Shown piece after piece: positions 52,875-63,455 of a DNA stretch of 64,000 bases. The notes under the pieces are model-generated. The model was not told the DNA's origin. It searched no databases and worked only from the letters and a program-made list of their open reading frames with translations. How positions within the stretch are numbered: the first letter of the stretch is position 1; every line of letters starts with the position of its first letter. The translations under genes and the position numbers were made by a program. This DNA is from Nitrospirales bacterium (GTDB taxonomy: Bacteria > Nitrospirota > Nitrospiria > Nitrospirales > UBA8639): the NCBI GenBank assembly GCA_965223295.1, contig CBDCWC010000003.1:32001-96000 (forward strand). The letters run 5' to 3'.

Positions 52875-53402
52875 TTAAGATTTTGCCAAAGGCACTGGAT
52901 ACATAAACGGCCCACTTTTTAAAGGGCAGTCTCCATCCCGAGCAAGATCATCTAAAACCCGTCCCACCTTTTCTTCCGTTAATTGCTCATAATAATCATC
53001 ATTCACTTGCATCATGGGTCCCGTGCCGCAAGAACCTAAACATTCTACGACGCTAAGCGTGAAGATATTATCTTTCGTGGTTTCCCCCGGAATAATATTG
53101 AGCTTTTTCGAAATCCAACCCACCAAGACGTCCGAGCCTACCAACGCACACATAAGGGATTTGCAGACCTGCAGATGAAACTTCCCAATCGGCTTGAGAT
53201 TGAACATCGTATAAAACGTGACCGTCTCAAACACCTGCGGTGGAGTCAAATCTAAAACTTTGGCAATATCTCGCATCGCTGGCTCACTCACATAGCCTTC
53301 CTCCCGTTGTGCCAAATTGAGCAACGGCAGCAATGCCGATCGTTTCACCGGATAACGGGAAAGAATATCTTCAATCTCGTCTTTGAATTTCGTCAGCAGC
53401 AT
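52875..53402 (-). CDS. nuoE: NADH-quinone oxidoreductase subunit E
   Basis: VTFYTMF, VCKSLMC, ECLGSC 2Fe-2S ligands. Confidence 0.95.
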   Translation of the reverse strand: MLLTKFKDEIEDILSRYPVKRSALLPLLNLAQREEGYVSEPAMRDIAKVLDLTPPQVFETVTFYTMFNLKPIGKFHLQVCKSLMCALVGSDVLVGWISKKLNIIPGETTKDNIFTLSVVECLGSCGTGPMMQVNDDYYEQLTEEKVGRVLDDLARDGDCPLKSGPFMYPVPLAKS

Positions 53403-53421
53403 ATCCTGATATTCTTCATTT

Positions 53422-53458
53422 CCTCCCCTTTGTAAGGGGAGGATAAAGGTGGGGTAGA
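53422..53458. repeat. REP-like palindrome, same family as 44179-44325
   Basis: CCTCCCCTTTGTAAGGGGAGGATAAAGGTGGGGTAGA in the nuoCD-nuoE spacer. Confidence 0.75.
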
Positions 53459-53538
53459 AGTACCAACTCTTCCACCGATCTAATAATTACAACCCCTTAA
53501 CCTTTTCTACCTTTCACTTCTCGCGTTTGACGTCTTCA

Positions 53539-55290
53539 CTATCGATCACATTCACCCATGACAACATCATAAGTCCCAAAGATCGTGATGATATCAGAAA
53601 TCAGATAGCCTCGAGCCATATGGTCAAAAGCTCCCATATGCACAAACGATGGAGAACGAATTTTTAACCGATAAGGCCGAGAGCTGCCATCACCAATAAG
53701 GAAAAAGCCGAGTTCACCCTTAGGGACTTCCGTCCCGCAATAGGTTTCTGCCTTGGGAGCTTTGAACCCCTGAGTAAAAATAATGAAATGATGAATCAAG
53801 CTCTGCATATCTCGCATCACTTCAGGTTTTGGTGGCGGAATAACCTTGGCATCCTCAGCCAGAATTGGCCCCTCAGGCAACTGATCTAAACATTGTTCGA
53901 CAATTCGCGCACTCTGCCACATTTCCTCCATGCGCACCCAATACCGGTCATAGGTATCCCCGTCCTTACCCAACGGCACTTCCCATTCCACCCGATCATA
54001 GACCCCATAGGGCTCGAGCTTGCGAATATCATATGACACACCTGACCCTCGTAGCACTGGTCCGGTCAGCCCGAAGTTAATCGCATCCTCTCCTGAGATA
54101 ACCGCGACTCCTTTCGTCCGGGCCACCCAAATACGGTTTTTTTGGAGCAGCGTGTCATATTCACGGATATGGTCGGGAAAGGTTTTCAAGAATTCCCGTA
54201 GCGTCGCGATAATTTCTGGAGTGAGATCCGCATCGACACCCCCGATCCGGTAATAATTTAGCGTCAAACGCGCCCCGCAAAGTTTCTCAAAGAGATCCAA
54301 CAAGACTTCCCGTTCGCGGAATGTCCAAAAAAACACCGTCATCGCGCCAATGTCCAACGCTTGGGTCCCTAACCAAAATAAGTGACCCACAATTCGTTGC
54401 ACTTCAGCAATGATTGTTCGCACATATTCAGCCCGTTCAGGAACTTTCATGCCAATGAGTTTTTCCACAGCCCGCACATAAGCATAGTTATTCGTCATCG
54501 CGCAGACATAATCCAGGCGATCCGTATGCGGCAGCACTTGCATGTAGGTGAGCCCTTCGGCCAATTTTTCTACACCTCGATGCAAATACCCCAAATCCGG
54601 CACGGCCTTGGTTACCCGTTCACCATCTAACTCCAACACGACCCGTAACACCCCATGCGTACTGGGATGCTGCGGCCCCATATTCAAAAGCATTTCAGTC
54701 GTACGTTTGGAATCACCAGGCCGGTCATCCGCCATAAACTGATGCCGCTGATCATTAGGCACTTCCGCCTCAGACCATTCCCCAACGGGCTCGTCAAGCT
54801 TAGGCAAAAAATCAAACCGACTTCGCCACCCGCGGCCTTCAGCCGGAAAATCTTTTCGCAATGGATGCCCTTCGTCATAATCTTCCGGCATGAGAATACG
54901 CCGTAAATCCGGATGGCCCAGAAAACGAATGCCCATCAGGTCATAAACTTCGCGCTCTAAAAAATTGGCGCCGCGCCAAATATCGCTCACCGATGCTATT
55001 TCCGGCGACTCTTCAGTCACTCGAGACTTAATGCGGATCCGAGTCCCATGAGGCAATGAGAGAAATTGATAAATCACTTCAAACCGTTGCGCATCATCGG
55101 GATAATCGGCGGAACAAATATCAGTAATATGATCAAATGCCAAGGTCGGCTCATCATGGAGAAATGTGGCGACTTCCCGCCAATGCTGTGGAGTCACTTG
55201 TGCCCAGAGGTCACCACGGGTTGGGTCTTGTTCAGCCGAAAGCACGGCCTGGGGAAACTTGGCAACAATGGTTTCGAGGAAAGGGTGCAT
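53539..55290 (-). CDS. nuoCD: NADH-quinone oxidoreductase fused subunit C/D
   Basis: EREVYDLMGI..GHPLRKDFP (C) fused to GPQHPSTHGVLR, GYLHRG, GECDR (D). Confidence 0.96.
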   Translation of the reverse strand: MHPFLETIVAKFPQAVLSAEQDPTRGDLWAQVTPQHWREVATFLHDEPTLAFDHITDICSADYPDDAQRFEVIYQFLSLPHGTRIRIKSRVTEESPEIASVSDIWRGANFLEREVYDLMGIRFLGHPDLRRILMPEDYDEGHPLRKDFPAEGRGWRSRFDFLPKLDEPVGEWSEAEVPNDQRHQFMADDRPGDSKRTTEMLLNMGPQHPSTHGVLRVVLELDGERVTKAVPDLGYLHRGVEKLAEGLTYMQVLPHTDRLDYVCAMTNNYAYVRAVEKLIGMKVPERAEYVRTIIAEVQRIVGHLFWLGTQALDIGAMTVFFWTFREREVLLDLFEKLCGARLTLNYYRIGGVDADLTPEIIATLREFLKTFPDHIREYDTLLQKNRIWVARTKGVAVISGEDAINFGLTGPVLRGSGVSYDIRKLEPYGVYDRVEWEVPLGKDGDTYDRYWVRMEEMWQSARIVEQCLDQLPEGPILAEDAKVIPPPKPEVMRDMQSLIHHFIIFTQGFKAPKAETYCGTEVPKGELGFFLIGDGSSRPYRLKIRSPSFVHMGAFDHMARGYLISDIITIFGTYDVVMGECDR

Positions 55291-55352
55291 TCACTCACAC
55301 TTTGTTGGGAATTAATGAAATTCAGGACAGGAACAACAACACGAGTGACAAC

Positions 55353-55832
55353 CTATTTGACAAAATACTTTTCTTGTTGAATTTTCTCCTGAAGCTTAAT
55401 CAGACCATCCAGTAGAGCTTCAGGCCGGGGAGGACAACCGGCAATATATACATCGACAGGCACAATTTGATCCACCCCTTGCACCACACTATAGCTATTG
55501 TAATGGTTGCCGGATGTTGCACAGGACCCCATGGAAATGACATACCGCGGTTCAGCCATTTGATCATAAATTCGACGAATCACGGGAGCCATTTTTCGGC
55601 AAACGGTGCCGGCGACGATCATCAGATCCGATTGCCGTGGCGAGGCTCGAAAGACTCCCGCCCCAAACCGGTCAATATCATAGCGAGACGACACGGATGC
55701 GATCATTTCAATGGCACAACAGGCCAGGCCAAAGGTCATAGGCCATACCGCCGACTTCCGACACCAATTAATGAAATAATCTAAATTGGTGGTAACAATA
55801 TTGGGTTCGAATTGTCGTTCAAGAATGCTCAT
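55353..55832 (-). CDS. nuoB: NADH-quinone oxidoreductase subunit B
   Basis: [27 protein letters not shown]. Confidence 0.97.
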   Translation of the reverse strand: MSILERQFEPNIVTTNLDYFINWCRKSAVWPMTFGLACCAIEMIASVSSRYDIDRFGAGVFRASPRQSDLMIVAGTVCRKMAPVIRRIYDQMAEPRYVISMGSCATSGNHYNSYSVVQGVDQIVPVDVYIAGCPPRPEALLDGLIKLQEKIQQEKYFVK

Positions 55833-55909
55833 AGATTATTGTCCAAGAGGACGGGCGGGATATTGTACTGCCTGACACCGGATATTTCTAGGCCTAAAGA
55901 CCTATTTCT

Positions 55910-56281
55910 TTAATCCCAATCCAATGCGCCTTTTTTCCAGGCATACCAAAAACCAACGATTAAGATAGCTAAAAATAGACCCATCTCAATTAACCCCAGT
56001 AATCCTAGCTTTTTAAAGACCACCGCCCAGGGGAAGAGAAACACGACTTCAATATCAAAAATCACAAACAGCATCGCAATAATGTAGTACCGCATGGGAA
56101 ATTGCACACGCGCATCCATAAAGAGCGGACTCCCGCTTTCATACGGCAACAGTTTTTCCCGGTAGGGCCGGCTTGGTCGCAGAAGCCAACCTGCTAATAT
56201 AGAACCAACCCCAAAGAGGGTGCCTATCACCATAAAGATGATGATAGGAAGATAATTAAAGGGAACCGGCTCATTACCCAT
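55910..56281 (-). CDS. nuoA: NADH-quinone oxidoreductase subunit A
   Basis: PYESG, FVIFDIEVVFLFPWA, KKGALDW. Confidence 0.96.
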   Translation of the reverse strand: MGNEPVPFNYLPIIIFMVIGTLFGVGSILAGWLLRPSRPYREKLLPYESGSPLFMDARVQFPMRYYIIAMLFVIFDIEVVFLFPWAVVFKKLGLLGLIEMGLFLAILIVGFWYAWKKGALDWD

Positions 56282-56365
56282 CTATTGACTCTCCATAAAA
56301 CTCATGATCCACACCGACAGATGCTTGAACTCATATCTCGTTCAATGATCTATTCAGTAAGAACT

Positions 56366-56485
56366 GGGAATGGTCAAAAAAGTCAGCCAGCAAGGCCGCA
56401 GCCAGGTTGACGCGCGGAGCGTACTCCCAGTACGTGAGCGCGGCAAAATGGCCAGAACGCCGCTGGTGGCTTTTTTCACCATTCC
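56366..56485 (+). repeat. MITE-like dispersed repeat, copy D (core only)
   Basis: GGAATGGTCAAAAAAG...CTTTTTTCACCATTCC terminal inverted repeats; shared core motifs. Confidence 0.85.
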
Positions 56486-56487
56486 GC

Positions 56488-57684
56488 TTAGAGCACATCA
56501 TCAAAAAATGCACGATAGCGTAACCCTTGGAGCGGTCTTTCCTCAATCCCCTTCCGTTGTACTAAAATTTTGAAGGTCGTGCCCATCCCGTGAGGACGTA
56601 AGAGCTGGCTCAACGCTTGAACCTCCTTTGCTTCCTGCTTCAGATCCATCACCATCTCTTCAACACCTAAGCCCATCAGCCAATTCGCCAACGTCGTAAA
56701 ACCCAGAGGTTCAAGTCCGTGCTCTTTCCCCGACTGGGCCAACACTGAAAAATTTACGTGGGCCGTCATATCTTGCTCGCCCACACGACAAAAGGGATTC
56801 GTTGACACGGCATGGCGATGGTAACATAAGAGCGTGCCATTTTTTCGATGAGGTGCGTAATAATCGTCCCGAGTATGACCATAGTCGATGGTGATCACCA
56901 TACCCTGACGCAGAGCCTGCGCCACATGCCTCATCCATTGTTCGCTCTCGACATGGAGTTCAGAGGTTTGCCCCTCCGCTAACACCACACGATGACGCTG
57001 CATATAGTCATCCAATGTTGTGGAAGTGAGTGGACGGGCTCGTTCCACAAACGTTCCATCTTCAAAATCTACGAGCAGCTCTTGGATTTCCTGGTTGTCA
57101 CAGCGAAGACGGTGGACAGGAAGAGCATCCACCAGTTCATTCGAGAACATGACGCCAGTGACGGAGTCTTTGCTGAGTTGCCCAATAGAGGACTTCCACG
57201 AAACATGTGTCTCCACCCACACACGGCTCATCTCCTTTCCGATGTAAGCCTCTTGACGTGACCGAAGGTGAGGACTCTGTTCGACAATGCGGTAGCGCAG
57301 ACGATTGAACAAATCAGGTGCAATGTCCTGGCAGTGTTGGAGAAAGTCTGCGGCAAATGTGCCATTTCCTCCACCCATTTCAACAAAGGTAAAAGGATCG
57401 GGACGACCTAATTGTTCGTCAATCTCTAGGACTTGGCGCAGTAAAGTCTTGGCCAGAATAGGCGATAGTTCTGGCGCAGTATAAAAATCGCCGTCCCAAC
57501 CAATACGGTCTTTCGGCGACTCATCCTGAGCAAGATTCTTCGTCATGTAATATCCATATTCGTCATCGTACAGCGCCAGTTCCATAAAGCGGGCAAAGGT
57601 GAGGGGGCCATGTAACTCAATTTCCTCCACGATTTTCTGGATAAACTTTTGGGAGCCTGTAAAATGTGACGATTCAGATGGCAC
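56488..57684 (-). CDS. MidA/NDUFAF7-family SAM-dependent methyltransferase
   Basis: FARFMELALY..YGYY, GDFYTAPE, VEMGGGNG, SNELVDALP, IDYG, QDMTAHVNF. Confidence 0.88.
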   Translation of the reverse strand: MPSESSHFTGSQKFIQKIVEEIELHGPLTFARFMELALYDDEYGYYMTKNLAQDESPKDRIGWDGDFYTAPELSPILAKTLLRQVLEIDEQLGRPDPFTFVEMGGGNGTFAADFLQHCQDIAPDLFNRLRYRIVEQSPHLRSRQEAYIGKEMSRVWVETHVSWKSSIGQLSKDSVTGVMFSNELVDALPVHRLRCDNQEIQELLVDFEDGTFVERARPLTSTTLDDYMQRHRVVLAEGQTSELHVESEQWMRHVAQALRQGMVITIDYGHTRDDYYAPHRKNGTLLCYHRHAVSTNPFCRVGEQDMTAHVNFSVLAQSGKEHGLEPLGFTTLANWLMGLGVEEMVMDLKQEAKEVQALSQLLRPHGMGTTFKILVQRKGIEERPLQGLRYRAFFDDVL

Positions 57685-58070
57685 GAATGGACTAGAGTCA
57701 CTCCTTCAATATGCCTATAGGAAGTCGGCTACGATACCCATCCGTAGCGATCGAAGTCAAGCAAAACTGGCAAACACGACCTAACATTATCTAATACTTT
57801 CAAGCATTTAGAAAAAGTTCCATAGGACTCAACATGGCGTTCGTGGGCTTTCTTCATTCCAGCAGCTTGAACAACCGGTCTTTGGGGAAGTAGCAACATT
57901 CATAGAATCTATTTCCATCACTGAATTGATTGACCTCTATTTTTTGAGAACAGAAACGTTCGAAGCCGTTGAATATGTCGGTCAGAGAAATAGACGCATT
58001 GCGGCCCTCCCTTTACTGAAGTCTGCAACGGGTCATGAAGGCAAAATGATGATAGCGCCATTTCTTTGAG

Positions 58071-58240
58071 GGGAGTGTTGAATAATGAAGATAGCAAAGG
58101 CCATATTTCGCAACGGAGCCCTTGGCGATCAACAGCGTCGGGTCGGTTCAAAATCCGCTCGTCCGCACGAAGCCGCTTTTAGCCTTCGTAGCCCATCGAG
58201 TTACTCAGGCGGAGTAGGCGGCGGCTTTTTTCAACAGACC
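58071..58240 (+). repeat. MITE-like dispersed repeat, copy E (diverged core)
   Basis: First ~70 nt closely match copy B; ends TTTTTTCAACAGACC; centre replaced by another palindromic sequence. Confidence 0.75.
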
Positions 58241-58601
58241 TTTGAGAAAAAGACCGAAATACTAGAAAACAGCCTGCCAGGGCAACGACTCTTTCGCTTT
58301 TGAATAATCATGATGAAAAGGACAAACAATTATGGAGAATTTCCTTAAGTTCCCGACAGTATTTCCGAAATATATCAATAAAAATGAGCAAGGCCCCTGA
58401 TAGCTCCTAGGGGAAAAACTTTCATAAGAAAAAAAGATAACACACCTTAAAACGCGACGAGATTATTACTGAAATATAAATAGCACCTAACGAGATGGAA
58501 TGCGTAGGCATGTCCATTCAGTTGTTGGCGCAATCACAGATCCTAGAAATCTTGATTGCGTTTTTTTTTGCCTTGGGCTTCATGAGGAGAAAAAGAGTCA
58601 C

Positions 58602-58925
58602 ATGGAAATTACCAAAAAACTGGCTAGACCTGGAGAAATCGTCCTTGCCCTTTCAGGAAGACTGGATTTTACCGTTCGAAAAACATTTCAAAGCACGATC
58701 AAAGAAGCCCAAACCGAAGAAACGCAACAGATCGTTCTGGACCTCACCAAAGTGTCATTTGTTGATTGCTCTGCCCTGGGGATTTTTATTCGAACCTATC
58801 AAACTCTAGCCCAGCAGCAGATCGCGTTCTCTATCATAGCCTCTCCGGGCCGAGTCTTGGATACCTTGCAAACCACTCACCTGGACAAAATGATCCCCGT
58901 CAACTCCATACAACATACGGCCTAG
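58602..58925 (+). CDS. STAS-domain anti-sigma-factor antagonist
   Basis: LSGRLDF, VLDLTKVSFVDCSALG. Confidence 0.85.
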   Translation: MEITKKLARPGEIVLALSGRLDFTVRKTFQSTIKEAQTEETQQIVLDLTKVSFVDCSALGIFIRTYQTLAQQQIAFSIIASPGRVLDTLQTTHLDKMIPVNSIQHTA

Positions 58926-58990
58926 CCAGAACACATCATCAGGTATCAAAAGATAGAACACAAAACATTATGGTTCCTGACACCTTATTT

Positions 58991-59023
58991 GGGAGGCTCC
59001 CCGCAATACATCGGGAGCCTCCC
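58991..59023. terminator. hairpin between convergent genes
   Basis: GGGAGGCTCCC...GGGAGCCTCCC 11-bp stem. Confidence 0.65.
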
Positions 59024-59045
59024 TTACACACAAATTCTTGAATTA

Positions 59046-59858
59046 TCAGGGATTGGGACCGATCGGATAGTTCGTTGGAAGGTCAGGAATAATAGCATCT
59101 TCCCCAAACCCACAAACTGGATGCCCGAAACCTCCGGCGCTCACCGTATGTCCAGTGGTTAGATCAACAGTAGTGTCTAAAATCATATTATCATCATTGG
59201 TAGGAGAGACCCCGACCGGCACATGATCCAAACCAAGAGCATCGCGCACTTTCCATGCTACAATGTGGTCCGTACAAGACGTGTCTCCGCTCACTCCGAG
59301 CCCTCCTAACGCAGCCCCATTGCTACCATACAGAGTCAGCCCACCGCCGAACACGTTGACACCACCTATCTTCCTCCCCCTCATAGGATCATTCCGTTTT
59401 CCATAATTTTGGGAAGGCCCTTTGTAAGCGACTTGTGTGTCAACAGGGTTGCTGAGTTGCAAACCGAATAGCGAGCCGCCTGGTTGTACCGCTGAATAGA
59501 GATTAGCGGTTGACAATGAAAGTCCAGGTAAAACTCCTATACTTCCGGCAGGAAGGCTAAAGGCATTGGCAGTGTTCGCTTTTTGAGCAGAAATCACACG
59601 ACTTCCAGGCCATTGATCTCCACGATCTGCACCGGACTTCGCAATCTGACAGACAATCCCATCCCGATCCACAATGGCACCCCACATGTCATTGGCAAGC
59701 CCGCCGTTGCCTCCGGCAGCTACAACAGATTGAAGAGCTGCAGTGAGTGCGGCATGAGACGGGAGATCCTCACAGTCCCTGCTATGAGCTTCAGCAACAT
59801 TACCTGCCAACACGCCTGTCATGACGAAAATCGCAACTAACAGATTCGTTGCCTTCAT
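59046..59858 (-). CDS. exported GlcG/HbpS-family heme-binding-like protein
   Basis: Signal peptide (..AEA); AIVDRDG, SAQKANTA, FGGGL, GGLGVSG..D; AAGGAGG RBS. Confidence 0.75.
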   Translation of the reverse strand: MKATNLLVAIFVMTGVLAGNVAEAHSRDCEDLPSHAALTAALQSVVAAGGNGGLANDMWGAIVDRDGIVCQIAKSGADRGDQWPGSRVISAQKANTANAFSLPAGSIGVLPGLSLSTANLYSAVQPGGSLFGLQLSNPVDTQVAYKGPSQNYGKRNDPMRGRKIGGVNVFGGGLTLYGSNGAALGGLGVSGDTSCTDHIVAWKVRDALGLDHVPVGVSPTNDDNMILDTTVDLTTGHTVSAGGFGHPVCGFGEDAIIPDLPTNYPIGPNP

Positions 59859-60072
59859 GACTACCTCCTTGTTAAATGAAATGAGAAAGAGAAACCTTGC
59901 GACCGACCACTAACTGATATGGGAACAGCAATTCCTTAAGAGCACGCAATGCTACCAACCCAATGGTTGAAGCTTCTCAAAAATCTTGCGCGATCATTTT
60001 GAGAAATCCGTTCCCCTGCCACAGCTAGAAATGGATAAGGAAAGAAAAGAATGACATTTCAGTAAATGGCCG

Positions 60073-62787
60073 TCACATTCCATGGCACTTTTTGAATTTC
60101 TTGCCGCTGCCACAGGGGCAGGGGTCGTTGCGACCGACTTTTTCTTCTGTACGGTGAACGGGTTGCTTTGGAGCAGTGGCGGATTCTCCCCGGTTGAGGC
60201 TCATTTGGGGAGGACGCGGGGCCTCCACTTCGGCTTCTGGCCGTTCACCACGCACTAGTTGGAACTTGAACAGGCGTTCGAGCGTATCGCCTTTGATGCG
60301 CTCCATCATGCCAGCAAACATGTCGTAGCCTTCACGTTTATATTCAGCCAACGGATCTTTTTGACCATATCCACGAAGACCAATACCATCCTTGAGTTGA
60401 TCCATCCCCCATAAATGATCTTTCCATTGCTGATCAATCATTTGTAATAATATCGTCCGCTCGATATAGTGAATCAATTCCTCCGTTGCCCCATGTTCCT
60501 CTATTAAATTTTTGACTTTATCGCGATAGGCTTGCTTGAGCTTCTCTGGAATATCTTCTAGAAGCGCATCTCGTCCCAATTCTTTCAGTTCATCAACTTT
60601 GAACGACTCTATGCCATATTGCCCATGCACCGATTCGACCAATCCCGCAAAATCCCATTCTTCTGAATACTGCTCTTCCGGACAGTAGGTCACCACTAGC
60701 CCCTCGCCAATCTCATCAAGCATATCAAGGACTTCTTCACGGACATCGGTGGCTCGCAGAACATTTTGACGATGCTTGTAGATCACTTCGCGCTGTTTGT
60801 TCATCACATCATCATATTCCAGAAGATGTTTGCGAATTTCAAAATTATGACCTTCAACTTTCTTTTGCGCATTTTCTATGGATTTCGTCACCATACGATG
60901 TTCGATCGGGACTCCCTCCTCCATCCCCAATTTCAGCATGAGATTGGAGACACGCTCAGAGGCAAAAATACGCAAAAGATCATCTTCCAATGATAGGAAA
61001 AAACGAGAAGACCCAGGATCACCTTGTCGACCAGCCCGACCTCGCAATTGGTTATCGATTCGACGACTTTCATGGCGCTCTGTTCCAACAATATGCAGTC
61101 CACCCGCCGCCAAGACCTCTTCCTTATTAGCTTCGCAGAACGTCTTGAGCATCTCGAATTCTTTGGCTTTCTGCTCTTCACTCAGGTCCTCACCTTTATA
61201 GATAAATTGCTGCTTGAAGAGTGCCTCAAAATTTCCACCTAATAGAATATCAGTTCCACGGCCAGCCATATTGGTGGCAATCGTCACGGCACCTTTTTGG
61301 CCCGCTTGCGCGACAATTTCTGCCTCCTTCTCATGAAATTTGGCATTCAAGACATTGTGTTTCACACCTCGTTGTTTCAGAAGGGTCGCAAGCCGTTCTG
61401 ATTTTTCAATAGACACAGTACCAATTAAGACAGGTTGGCCTTTTTCATGATGCTCTTTGATATCATCGGCAATCGCCTCGAACTTTTCTTTTTCCGTCCG
61501 GTAAACCACATCAGGATGATCAAGACGAATCATTGCCCGGTTAGTGGGAATCACATTCACTTCTAAGTTGTAGATCTTGGCAAACTCGGCCGCTTCAGTA
61601 TCCGCTGTGCCGGTCATGCCTCCAAGCTTATTGTACATCCGGAAATAATTTTGAAAAGTGACCGAGGCCAATGTTTGATTTTCATTGGCAATTTTTACGC
61701 CCTCTTTGGCTTCCACGGCTTGATGCAGCCCATCACTCCATCGTCGACCAGGCATCATTCTTCCGGTGAATTCATCAACAATCACCACTTCTCCATCTTT
61801 CACCACATATTCTACATCTCGTTTATACAACGCATGCGCTTGTAAGGCTTTCACCACATGATGAACCAGACTTAAATGCTTCAAATCATAGAGGTTGTCT
61901 ACACCAAGAAGCTTTTCAACTTTGGCATTTCCTTCATCGGTGAGGGAAACGGTCTTGGTTTTTTCTTCAATCGTAAAATCTTCTTCTCGCTTCAATTTCG
62001 GAATAATATGATCGATTTGATAATACAAATCGGTGCTCTGTTCGGTAGGACCAGAAATGATGAGTGGGGTCCGCGCTTCATCGATGAGAATACTGTCGAC
62101 TTCATCCACAATGGCGTAATTAAGTTCACGCTGAACGCCTTGCTCCGCGTCAGTCACCACTAAATTATCCCGCAGATAATCAAAACCAAACTCATTATTT
62201 GTGCCATACGTAATATCCGCAGCATAGGCTTCTTGCCTGGAACAGGGTCGGAGAAACTGCAGACGCTTATCTGGGGCATCGTACGTAGGATCAAAGAGAA
62301 AGGAGACTTCATGCTGAATGATGCCGACGGACAGTCCTAAACTATGATAGAGAGGGCCCATCCATTGCGCATCACGCTTGGCTAGATAGTCATTGACCGT
62401 GACCAGATGAACCCCTCGACCATCCAACGCATTTAGGTAAATGGGCAGAGTAGCCACCAGGGTTTTCCCTTCACCCGTCCGCATCTCAGCAATTCGCCCC
62501 TGGTGCAAAACCATGCCACCCAGTAATTGCACATCAAAATGGCGCATTCCCAATTTTCGTTTCGACATTTCCCGACAGACGGCAAAGGCTTCTGGCAGAA
62601 TATCATCCAAGGTCTCACCCGCTTCCAAGCGTTTTATGAAAGCCTCCGTCTTCTCTGCCAAGGCATGGTCTTCCAAGGACCGCAAGGAAGCTTCAAACTC
62701 ATTGGCCTTCTCCACTTGCGGTTTAAGCCGCTTCAGCTCTCGCTCATTGTTACTGCCAAACAAGCTGTTCAAAAGACGTACTAACAT
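60073..62787 (-). CDS. secA: preprotein translocase ATPase SecA
   Basis: [38 protein letters not shown] motif [12 protein letters not shown]. Confidence 0.98.
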   Translation of the reverse strand: MLVRLLNSLFGSNNERELKRLKPQVEKANEFEASLRSLEDHALAEKTEAFIKRLEAGETLDDILPEAFAVCREMSKRKLGMRHFDVQLLGGMVLHQGRIAEMRTGEGKTLVATLPIYLNALDGRGVHLVTVNDYLAKRDAQWMGPLYHSLGLSVGIIQHEVSFLFDPTYDAPDKRLQFLRPCSRQEAYAADITYGTNNEFGFDYLRDNLVVTDAEQGVQRELNYAIVDEVDSILIDEARTPLIISGPTEQSTDLYYQIDHIIPKLKREEDFTIEEKTKTVSLTDEGNAKVEKLLGVDNLYDLKHLSLVHHVVKALQAHALYKRDVEYVVKDGEVVIVDEFTGRMMPGRRWSDGLHQAVEAKEGVKIANENQTLASVTFQNYFRMYNKLGGMTGTADTEAAEFAKIYNLEVNVIPTNRAMIRLDHPDVVYRTEKEKFEAIADDIKEHHEKGQPVLIGTVSIEKSERLATLLKQRGVKHNVLNAKFHEKEAEIVAQAGQKGAVTIATNMAGRGTDILLGGNFEALFKQQFIYKGEDLSEEQKAKEFEMLKTFCEANKEEVLAAGGLHIVGTERHESRRIDNQLRGRAGRQGDPGSSRFFLSLEDDLLRIFASERVSNLMLKLGMEEGVPIEHRMVTKSIENAQKKVEGHNFEIRKHLLEYDDVMNKQREVIYKHRQNVLRATDVREEVLDMLDEIGEGLVVTYCPEEQYSEEWDFAGLVESVHGQYGIESFKVDELKELGRDALLEDIPEKLKQAYRDKVKNLIEEHGATEELIHYIERTILLQMIDQQWKDHLWGMDQLKDGIGLRGYGQKDPLAEYKREGYDMFAGMMERIKGDTLERLFKFQLVRGERPEAEVEAPRPPQMSLNRGESATAPKQPVHRTEEKVGRNDPCPCGSGKKFKKCHGM

Positions 62788-62910
62788 AAGACAATGCTAC
62801 CTTGAAAAAAATAGATGTAGAAACGACGCAATTAAAGAGATAGGATTGCTGAATAACTACCTTCTCCATGGGCAAACAAGCCCACAGTACCCTTGAACAT
62901 GAAAAGCTTC

Positions 62911-63052
62911 GGGTCGGTTCAAAAAAGTCCGCTCGCCTGCGCGAAGCCAGGTCCAGCAAGACGACAACCAAACTCAGGCGCAGAGCGTACCGTTCGTACG
63001 TGAGCACCGGAACTTGGTGAGTACGCCGCTGGCGGCTTTTTTCAACAGACCC
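62911..63052 (+). repeat. MITE-like dispersed repeat, copy F (partial nested insert)
   Basis: GGGTCGGTTCAAAAAAG...CTTTTTTCAACAGACCC. Confidence 0.85.
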
Positions 63053-63455
63053 GGTAGGGATTGTTGGCTGGAAAGCTTTCTGCTCTCTTGAATGTTCTAG
63101 TATACCGAAATATCAATGGGAATCAACTCAGACTGGACCCTAACATGAGGAAATGATGGCAATACACCCGCAACACCATGACCTCAAGCTTACGATACCC
63201 GCCTTAATAGGATCACGAAGAGTTCCATGGATTTCTCACTAGATTTTCATCTTGATAATGAATCCTCGCACTTCAGTCAACGAAGAACTTGCTTCTCTCG
63301 AGATTGTATTCTGATGAGTCATTTTCACCATCTCGGCCTTGTATAACCTATTGACCCGAATGGTATTCTATGAGTTGTTGAAGGAAGACCTGCACTCCAG
63401 ATCTAATTAATATTAGTATCATGTTTAAACACTTATGCCTATTGATAATTGCTTC

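Noticed and set aside
41097-56281. 2M-type complex I
   Set aside because: Only one nuoM, and nuoEFG are present, so the layout is canonical
24204-63052. CRISPR array
   Set aside because: Repeats are dispersed and 120-220 nt long, with no repeat-spacer periodicity and no cas genes
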